Of a stretch of DNA of 12,116 nucleotides, positions 6,894-12,116 are shown in pieces. Position 1 is the first letter of the stretch. Each line of letters starts with the position of its first letter. The stretch spans positions 1 through 12,116 of the forward strand of contig JALOPS010000188.1 in the NCBI GenBank assembly GCA_025453745.1, in the 5' to 3' direction. The translations under genes were made by a program, and so were the position numbers. A model generated the notes under the pieces. That model saw only the letters and a list, made by a program, of their open reading frames with translations. It was not told where the DNA came from and did not search any database. The stretch comes from Gemmatimonadaceae bacterium (GTDB lineage Bacteria; Gemmatimonadota; Gemmatimonadetes; Gemmatimonadales; Gemmatimonadaceae).

Positions 6894-7448
6894 TCAGAAC
6901 CGAAAGCCGACCTGAAAGCGCGCGCTGGGGATCACGGGGATGACGAGATCGAAGTCATCGTCACCGATGATGCGCTTCATCCCGGCGCCGATACCTACGA
7001 GAAAGTCGCGGCGGCGACCGAGGAACCAGTTGTAGTCGGCGTAGACCGCGAGCGTCGGCCAGGTTCGGCGTTTCTCTTCGAATCGGCATTCCGTCGTTGG
7101 CAGACACTCCGCAATCACCTGATCGCTCGCCCGCAGTGCGCCGACACCAAGCCCCAGCGAGAAGCCGTTGAGGACGCGCTCGTTCGGATAGAAGCGCAGC
7201 TTGAGGTCCGTCGACGCCAGCGACGCGTCCGAATCGAAGCCACCGAAGTACGTCCCCGTGATACCGACGCTCGCGCGCGCCGAGACCGCCTGCTCGATCT
7301 CCGCCGTCACGTATTCGAGCGGAATTCCCAGCGGGTTGATCGAGAGCAGGGTACGCTTGGTGGTCGTGTCGGCAGCCTGCGCACCTGCGGTACCTGCAAC
7401 CAGTGCGCTCCCCACCAGCGCCACCACACACCATCGCCACGGCGACAT
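6894..7448 (-). CDS. Small outer-membrane beta-barrel protein (OmpW/OmpA-like 8-strand class), 184 aa.
   Basis: The ATG at 7448 overlaps the TGA of the upstream gene (TGATG). The signal peptide is MSPWRWCVVALVGSALVAGTAGAQA. The sequence has amphipathic beta-strand periodicity, and the C-terminal ...SARFQVGFRF ends in Phe, as an outer-membrane beta-signal does. The track extension to 7688 is non-coding. Confidence 0.7.
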   Translation of the reverse strand: MSPWRWCVVALVGSALVAGTAGAQAADTTTKRTLLSINPLGIPLEYVTAEIEQAVSARASVGITGTYFGGFDSDASLASTDLKLRFYPNERVLNGFSLGLGVGALRASDQVIAECLPTTECRFEEKRRTWPTLAVYADYNWFLGRRRDFLVGIGAGMKRIIGDDDFDLVIPVIPSARFQVGFRF

Positions 7449-8575
7449 CACGGCTTCCACTCTGCCATCATCAGGTTGGTCTCCCCGAACTTCGCCTGAC
7501 CGCGATTCGATGCCCACACCAGCGACTTGCCGTCGGGGCTGAACATCGGGAAGCCATCGAAGTCGGCGTTGGTCGTCACGCGCTCGAGCCCCGTGCCATC
7601 GAGATTGACGAGGTACAGGTCGAAGTTGCGACTGCGCGGGTTGGCATGGTTCGACGAGAAGATGATCCGCTTGCCGTCCGGTGTCCACGACGGCCCGAAG
7701 TTCGCGCCGCCCAGCGTCGTGATCTGTCGGTTGTCGCTCCCGTCGGCGTTCATCACGTAGAGCTCGACCTCGCTCGGCCGGATCATGCCGCGCGCGAGGA
7801 GCGACCGATAGCGCGCGAGCGACGCCGAGTCACTCGGATGATGCGCGCGATACACGATCTTCGTGCCGTCGGGCGACCACCAGGGCCCACCGTCGTAGCC
7901 CGGCGTGTTCGTCAGCCGCTTCACGTTCGTGCCGTCGACATTCATGGTATAGATGTCGAGATCGCCGTCTTTCACCGACGTGAAGACGATCTGCCGGCCA
8001 TCCGGCGACAGCACTCCTTCGGCCGTGTACACGCCATAGTTGGTCAGTCGCTTGAGATCACTGCCATCGGGCTTCACCGACCAGATGTCGTATTTGTCGA
8101 GCGGCCAGACGTAGCCGGCGTCGGCAGGCGGCCGCGGAGGACAGGCGCTGTCGGCGGCGTGTGTCGACCCGAAGAAGATCCGCCGGTCACCGTCGTAGAA
8201 GTAGCCGCACGTCGTCTTGCCGCCGGGAGAGATCTTGCGCAGTGCGCTCCCATCGACGCGCATGACGTACTGCTGATCGCACGTCCGTCCGTCGCGCGTG
8301 CTCTGGAACGTGAGCCATTGCCCATCGCGGCTGAAGTACGCCTCGGCATTCTCGCCACCGAAGGTGAGCTGCCGAATGCGACCGATGTGGCGTTCGCCGG
8401 AGTCGGCGACCAGCCAGGTGGTGGACGGGCCGGTGGTCCCTGCGGCGGCCATGGCCGCCTGTACGGTGGCGGCTGCCGTCCCCGTGGCGGGTCGCGGGGC
8501 GGAAGAGCATGCCGCGAGCGCGGCGAGCGCGCCGACGAGTGCGGTGCGCGCCGAGAAGAAGTGGTTGGAGTGCAT
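7448..8575 (-). CDS. PD40/WD40-like beta-propeller lipoprotein (TolB-like), 375 aa.
   Basis: The ATG at 8575 gives MHSNHFFSARTALVGALAALAAC-SS, with lipobox LAAC. Repeated PD40 blades are present: FSRDGQWLTFQS, SPDGRQIVFTS, WSPDGTKIVYRA, WTPDGKRIIFSS, FSPDGKSLVWAS. The TGA stop at 7448-7450 is shared with the next ATG. Confidence 0.8.
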   Translation of the reverse strand: MHSNHFFSARTALVGALAALAACSSAPRPATGTAAATVQAAMAAAGTTGPSTTWLVADSGERHIGRIRQLTFGGENAEAYFSRDGQWLTFQSTRDGRTCDQQYVMRVDGSALRKISPGGKTTCGYFYDGDRRIFFGSTHAADSACPPRPPADAGYVWPLDKYDIWSVKPDGSDLKRLTNYGVYTAEGVLSPDGRQIVFTSVKDGDLDIYTMNVDGTNVKRLTNTPGYDGGPWWSPDGTKIVYRAHHPSDSASLARYRSLLARGMIRPSEVELYVMNADGSDNRQITTLGGANFGPSWTPDGKRIIFSSNHANPRSRNFDLYLVNLDGTGLERVTTNADFDGFPMFSPDGKSLVWASNRGQAKFGETNLMMAEWKP

Positions 8576-8595
8576 GGCGGGGGAGGATACGCGAC

Positions 8596-8623
8596 GGGCC
8601 GCCGGAGACGAATCCGGCGGCCC
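8596..8623 (-). other. Inter-cistronic stem-loop between the peptidase and propeller genes. It is not followed by a U-tract.
   Basis: GGGCCGCCGGA (8596-8606) pairs with TCCGGCGGCCC (8613-8623), a perfect 11-bp stem with a 6-nt loop, inside the 76-nt gap. Confidence 0.4.
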
Positions 8624-8651
8624 TCCGCACTTCAACGGATGGGTGTGCGCG

Positions 8652-10283
8652 TCAGCGGTTCGGTCGCGCCCCGGCGATGGCACCCTTGGCCTTCGGATCG
8701 ACCGCGGGCGCCGGTCCCAGCGCGAGTGCCATCAACTGCCGCTGCGTGCCGTTGGCCTTCCGGAGATACTCGAGTGCCTTGAGCAGTTGCACGTCATCGC
8801 GCAGGTCGTGCCGGCGCGCCGTCGAGTCACCAAAGGCCACGCGCGCGAAGCGGTTCTCGATCGTGCGATCGACATACTGCGCTCCCGCATCCCACACGGC
8901 GCGATCGACCTTGACGCCCTGCGTGCCCAAACGCTTCCAGAGCTCCTCGCGCCACTCGGGCTTGAGCGCGAAGTCCGGCGTCAGCCCCTTCTTGTTCTCG
9001 AGCGCGAGGTCGCTGACCAGGCTGAAGAACTGCGCCCCCTTGGGCGCGAGCGCGCGGGCGAGCGTGAGTTCGGCCGTCGAGAGCGTGTCGTCGTTGACGA
9101 TCACGTCGGGCGTGATGCCACCGCCGCCGTAGATCGTGCGTCCCGACGCCGACTTGAACGCCGGCTTCGCCTTCTTGAGCGAGTCGGCGTCACGCGTGGT
9201 GTCGGCCGCTTCCTCGACGAACGCGCCATCCTGGAACTTGCGCTCGCGCTGAATGCTGCGACCGCTCGGCGTGAACCACTTGGCCGTCGTCATCTTGAGC
9301 GCGTAGCCGCCGTCGATGTTGAAGACGCTCTGCACGAGCCCCTTGCCGAAGGACGTCGTGCCGATGACGAGCGCGCGATCGAGATCCTGCAGCGCGCCGG
9401 CGACGATCTCGGCCGCAGAGGCCGAGTTGCCGTTGACGAGGACCACGAGCGGTGTCGCGGGCGCAGCCGGGCGATCCTGCGAATAGAAGCGCTGCATGTC
9501 GCCGCGCCCGCGCACCGACGCGATCTCCTTGCCCTGCTCGATGAACAGGTTGCTCGTTGCAATCGCCTGGTCGAGAATGCCGCCGGGATTGTTGCGCACA
9601 TCGAGCACGATGCCCGTCGCCCCGCGCGTGGTGAGGTCACGCACGGCCGCGTTCACCTCTTCGGCCGTGTTTTCGTTGAAGCGCTCGAGCTGGATGTAAC
9701 CGGTCTTCGGCTCGAGGAGCATCGCCGTGCGCACCGCCGGCACGTGGATCTCTGCACGCGTGAACGTCTGCACGATCGGCTGCGGCACGCCCACGCGACC
9801 AAACGTCACCGTCACCGGCGTCCCCGGTGTGCCCAGCAACCGGTTCTGCACCTGCTGGGTGGACCAGCCGCGTGCACTCGCGGTGTCGATCTTCACGATG
9901 CGATCACCCTCCTGCACGCCGCCCGCTTCGGCCGGCGTGTTGGCGAACACGCGTCCCACCGTCACGAAGCCATTGAGCGGCACGATCTCCATGCCGAGCC
10001 CCGCGTAGCGTCCCTGCGTGTTGCGCGAGAACTCCTGCAACTGCTTGGGCGTGAGCAGCTCGCTGTACGGATCGTTGAGCTCACGCACGAGACCGCGCGC
10101 GGCCTTCTCGTAGAGCGCGCTGGCATCGAGCGTGTCGACGTAGCGCAGGGCCACGAAGGTGAGCACCTGATCGAGCAGTTGCGGGCCGCTCCGCGCCGAG
10201 CGCGCCTGGAGCACGAAGCCGCCCGCGACGAGCGGGAGGGCGGCCAGACCGATCATGGCCAGGCGACGACGGGAGGAATGCAT
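8652..10283 (-). CDS. S41-family C-terminal processing peptidase (Prc/CtpA-like) with a PDZ domain, 543 aa.
   Basis: The ATG at 10283 gives MHSSRRRLAMIGLAALPLVAGG, an N-terminal anchor or signal. An alternative ATG lies at 10256. The PDZ segment is GLGMEI...GFVTVGRVFANTPAEAGGVQEGDRIVKID. The catalytic serine motif is VNGNSASAAEIVAGALQD and the lysine partner is TTSFGKGLVQS. The track's GTG extension to 10499 is non-coding. Stop TGA at 8652-8654. Confidence 0.85.
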   Translation of the reverse strand: MHSSRRRLAMIGLAALPLVAGGFVLQARSARSGPQLLDQVLTFVALRYVDTLDASALYEKAARGLVRELNDPYSELLTPKQLQEFSRNTQGRYAGLGMEIVPLNGFVTVGRVFANTPAEAGGVQEGDRIVKIDTASARGWSTQQVQNRLLGTPGTPVTVTFGRVGVPQPIVQTFTRAEIHVPAVRTAMLLEPKTGYIQLERFNENTAEEVNAAVRDLTTRGATGIVLDVRNNPGGILDQAIATSNLFIEQGKEIASVRGRGDMQRFYSQDRPAAPATPLVVLVNGNSASAAEIVAGALQDLDRALVIGTTSFGKGLVQSVFNIDGGYALKMTTAKWFTPSGRSIQRERKFQDGAFVEEAADTTRDADSLKKAKPAFKSASGRTIYGGGGITPDVIVNDDTLSTAELTLARALAPKGAQFFSLVSDLALENKKGLTPDFALKPEWREELWKRLGTQGVKVDRAVWDAGAQYVDRTIENRFARVAFGDSTARRHDLRDDVQLLKALEYLRKANGTQRQLMALALGPAPAVDPKAKGAIAGARPNR

Positions 10284-10449
10284 CAGCGGACCCGCTCCTG
10301 AAAGAGGACGAGCAGCCCCGACACCAGGCCGGAGACGCAGCGACCGTGGACACTGACGCCGCGACCTTCCAAGGGGAAGGGCGCGGCGGTCCGGTGCGGG
10401 TAACCCCGCTCCCAACAAGTACGCGACGCACCCCGATGGGTTCCCGTCA

Positions 10450-10466
10450 CGCGTGCCTGGCACGCG
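10450..10466. promoter_or_regulatory. 17-bp perfect palindrome CGCGTGCC-T-GGCACGCG, upstream of the peptidase operon and downstream of repA. Candidate operator.
   Basis: Direct reading. The 8-1-8 symmetry gives an RNA hairpin too tight to form, so a DNA-level protein binding site is more plausible. Confidence 0.3.
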
Positions 10467-10529
10467 CCGTGTCAGCTCGGGCCCGTGGTCCGACGACACG
10501 CGCCGGGTCGCAGCGGAGATCGGTCCGCC

Positions 10530-11384
10530 CTACTCGTCCCGCGCGCGCCCCGCGAGCACATAATCCACCTGCCATGTGCGCTGTTGTTGGCTGATCGTCG
10601 CGTCGCGCACGATCCCCGCGCTGACGAGCATCTCGTGCGCGGGCTGGAGCACCCGCTGGAGGTGCGAGGGGTAGCGCTGCGTCAGCGGCAACTGCTCGGC
10701 GAGCCGTTCGAGCGGGATACGCCACGACACGCGCCCGTCTGCCCGCGCCACCTCGAGCAGCCGGTAGAGCCGCCGCGCCACGGGCGACGACAACGCATGG
10801 TAGCGCGCGGGGTTAAGGGTCACCGCAAGACGACCGGCCATGTTCGCCCGGAGCACGGGTGAGAGCGTCACCCGCGCGTCGCCGGGCTCGCTGGCGTGCA
10901 GGTTGGAGAAGAGATGCAACTGCTCCCGTTCGGCATTGCGGCGCCGCTGCACCACGACGGCCGAGAGCAGGGAGAACTGCCCATCGAGCCAGCGGTCGTC
11001 GGCGAGCTGATACGCGCCGGTCGACTCGAGCGTGGTGCGCTCGAGGCGCGAGAGCGCGCTGCGCAACTGTTCGTAGGTGCGGCCATCGACCCGGCGCCCC
11101 ATCGAGCGCAGGAAGGCATGCAGCGTGAAGGTGATCACGCCATCCGTCGGGGCGCCCGCCTCATGAAAGCGGTGCAGCAGCTCGACGTAGACGTCCTGAT
11201 CGAACGTGCCGGGCAGACGGTCGCCGGGGGAGGGAATGACGCGCCAGCGCCCCCCGCTCTCGGTGAGATACGTGATGGGGGCGTCGTCGGAGGAGTCGCT
11301 CAGCCGGAAGAGGGGGAGGGCCTCGAGTGAGCGGTCGAGCACGATCCCCCGCGTGGACTGGCGCTTGCGCGCTGGCGCCGTCAT
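10530..11384 (-). CDS. repA: Replication initiator protein A (RPA/RepA family, plasmid-type initiator), 284 aa.
   Basis: The ATG at 11384 (MTAPARKRQSTRG...) marks the onset of the GC3 jump; the track extension to 11513 has low GC3. Three segments are recognisable from memory of the RPA family and are not a database hit. IVLDRSLEALPLFRLSDS parallels the DEMNLAEFPIALLSDR motif. LPGTFDQDVYVELLHRF parallels LPTAIDDEVLLGLVQL. SSPVARRLYRLLEVARADG parallels HPISKRIYRFLDKRF. Stop TAG at 10530-10532. Confidence 0.7.
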   Translation of the reverse strand: MTAPARKRQSTRGIVLDRSLEALPLFRLSDSSDDAPITYLTESGGRWRVIPSPGDRLPGTFDQDVYVELLHRFHEAGAPTDGVITFTLHAFLRSMGRRVDGRTYEQLRSALSRLERTTLESTGAYQLADDRWLDGQFSLLSAVVVQRRRNAEREQLHLFSNLHASEPGDARVTLSPVLRANMAGRLAVTLNPARYHALSSPVARRLYRLLEVARADGRVSWRIPLERLAEQLPLTQRYPSHLQRVLQPAHEMLVSAGIVRDATISQQQRTWQVDYVLAGRARDE

Positions 11385-11440
11385 GCGTGGAAAAGTGCCC
11401 CGCCGGCGCGGTTGCCGCCACTCACGAGTCGGTTTGGTGC

Positions 11441-11470
11441 GCCGGGCGGCGGGCGGCGGGCGGCGGGTGG
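11441..11470. repeat. Tandem heptamer (GCGGCGG) x about 4 in the repA upstream region.
   Basis: The sequence gccgGGCGGCGGGCGGCGGGCGGCGGGtgg lies 57-86 nt upstream of the repA ATG on the minus strand. Confidence 0.6.
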
Positions 11471-11487
11471 ACATCGATGCGCGGTGG

Positions 11488-11546
11488 TCGCCCGGACGGC
11501 CCCGCCGCTCCACCTGACGGGAGTCGCGGCGAGGCCGTCCGGGCGA
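11488..11546. promoter_or_regulatory. 14-bp inverted repeat TCGCCCGGACGGCC ...31 nt... GGCCGTCCGGGCGA between the SDR stop and the repA start. It could be an operator, an origin element or a weak terminator.
   Basis: Direct reading. No U-tract follows on either strand. Confidence 0.35.
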
Positions 11547-11666
11547 CCTGAGCGATCGGTGCGCGCAGGCGCGGGCGAGCGAGCTGCTTCACTGCACCAC
11601 GGCGCCAGGCAGGCCCTCCCCGCGGTCTCAACGTGCGCACGCCGCGCTGCGGCGCCCACACCGTCG

Positions 11667-12116
11667 CTAGGCGAGCACGATCGTCTGTCCGGTCACGAAC
11701 TCTCCGGCCCCACCTGCGAGCCAGACGATCGCCTGGGCGACCGCGCCCCGCTCGACGTATCGCTGCCCCTCGCCCATCGACGAAATGTTCGCCGCCGTAC
11801 GAATGGCTTGCGGCGCCACCGCGTTGGCGCGCACGCCATGCACGGCCTCGCCCTGCGAGACGCTCCGCATCAGTGCGAGCACGCCCGCCTTGGCAATCGC
11901 GTACGCGGCAGTGCCGGAAATGTCGCCGCCCGGCATGACGGCGGCCGACGCGATGTAGACCACGCTCCCCTTCGCCACGCGGAGCGCCGGCAGAAAGGCG
12001 CGGGTGGCGCCGTAGGCGGTTTCCACGTTGATCGTGAACTGTCGCGCGAGCAGTGCCGGGTCGCTCGCATCGATCGTGCCGGTCCACGCAAAGCCGCCGG
12101 CGAGACAGATCAGCGC
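11667..12116 (-). CDS. Short-chain dehydrogenase/reductase (SDR) family oxidoreductase, C-terminal roughly 150 aa. The 5' end is beyond the window.
   Basis: The frame is open to the window edge; the track's 'M' at 12026 is an internal GTG. The segment ...LICLAGGF...NVETAYGATRAF...IASAAVMPGG...YAIAKAG...ANAVAPQAIRT...GQTIVLA* carries the catalytic Ser (IASAA) and the YxxxK motif (YAIAK) of classical SDRs. Stop TAG at 11667-11669. Confidence 0.8.
   Translation of the reverse strand, partial: ALICLAGGFAWTGTIDASDPALLARQFTINVETAYGATRAFLPALRVAKGSVVYIASAAVMPGGDISGTAAYAIAKAGVLALMRSVSQGEAVHGVRANAVAPQAIRTAANISSMGEGQRYVERGAVAQAIVWLAGGAGEFVTGQTIVLA

Noticed and set aside
7403-8782. 459-aa ORF on the + strand (also 6747..7499 + and 6961..7440 -)
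   Set aside because: They are antisense to, or out of frame with, the propeller and barrel genes, with a low-complexity R/P/G-rich translation.
8298-10301. 667-aa ORF on the + strand
   Set aside because: It is antisense to the S41 peptidase gene. Its composition is Arg/Ala/Glu-rich, it has no GC3 bias and no domain logic. It is a typical long antisense ORF of a high-GC genome.
10455-10478. Sigma-54-like motif TGGCACG-N4-gTGTCA overlapping the 17-bp palindrome
   Set aside because: The -24 element is a perfect match, but the -12 element lacks the conserved GC (TTGCW). The orientation would drive transcription antisense to repA, away from any gene start.
11422-12091. Minus-strand ORFs 11422..12087 (221 aa), 11870..12091 and + 11633..11938
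   Set aside because: They are alternative frames of the SDR gene region with an Arg/Gly-rich translation. The SDR frame carries the Ser/YxxxK catalytic motifs.

Overview
This is a high-GC (about 68-70%) bacterial window with strongly GC3-biased coding and few Shine-Dalgarno sites, which is consistent with Gemmatimonadota or Acidobacteria (inference only). Almost every long antisense ORF in the six-frame track is a GC artefact, so I separated real genes from artefacts using third-codon-position GC bias plus recognisable protein motifs. All coordinates come from codon arithmetic on the ORF track.

The supported content is:

- **1-3387 (+):** a TonB-dependent outer-membrane receptor that is truncated at the window start. 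After the barrel it carries a Gly-rich linker and a C-terminal helical domain with LTXXQ motifs like those of CpxP and Spy.
- **3411-5079 (-):** an SPFH/stomatin gene with an apparent -1 frame change near 4125-4140. Its TGA overlaps the ATG of a membrane protein with a PH-like domain (TGATG at 3962).
- **5357-6802 (+):** two tandem secreted PEP-CTERM proteins with near-identical sorting tails, each followed by a strong hairpin terminator.
- **6894-10283 (-):** an envelope module made of an S41 C-terminal processing peptidase, a PD40 (TolB-like) beta-propeller lipoprotein and a small outer-membrane beta-barrel. The last two are coupled by a TGATG overlap at 7448.
- **10530-11384 (-):** a Replication initiator protein A (RPA/RepA family) gene, flanked by a palindrome and by repeat-rich intergenic DNA.
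- **11667-12116 (-):** a short-chain dehydrogenase/reductase (SDR) whose 5' end runs off the window.

No tRNA, rRNA, CRISPR array or transposase is evident.

The items most worth follow-up are the receptor with the periplasmic CpxP/Spy-like tail, the SPFH-plus-PH pair in place of the usual NfeD partner, the paired PEP-CTERM proteins with no exosortase nearby, the split tricorn-like protease/propeller/barrel operon, and the RepA locus with candidate origin repeats.
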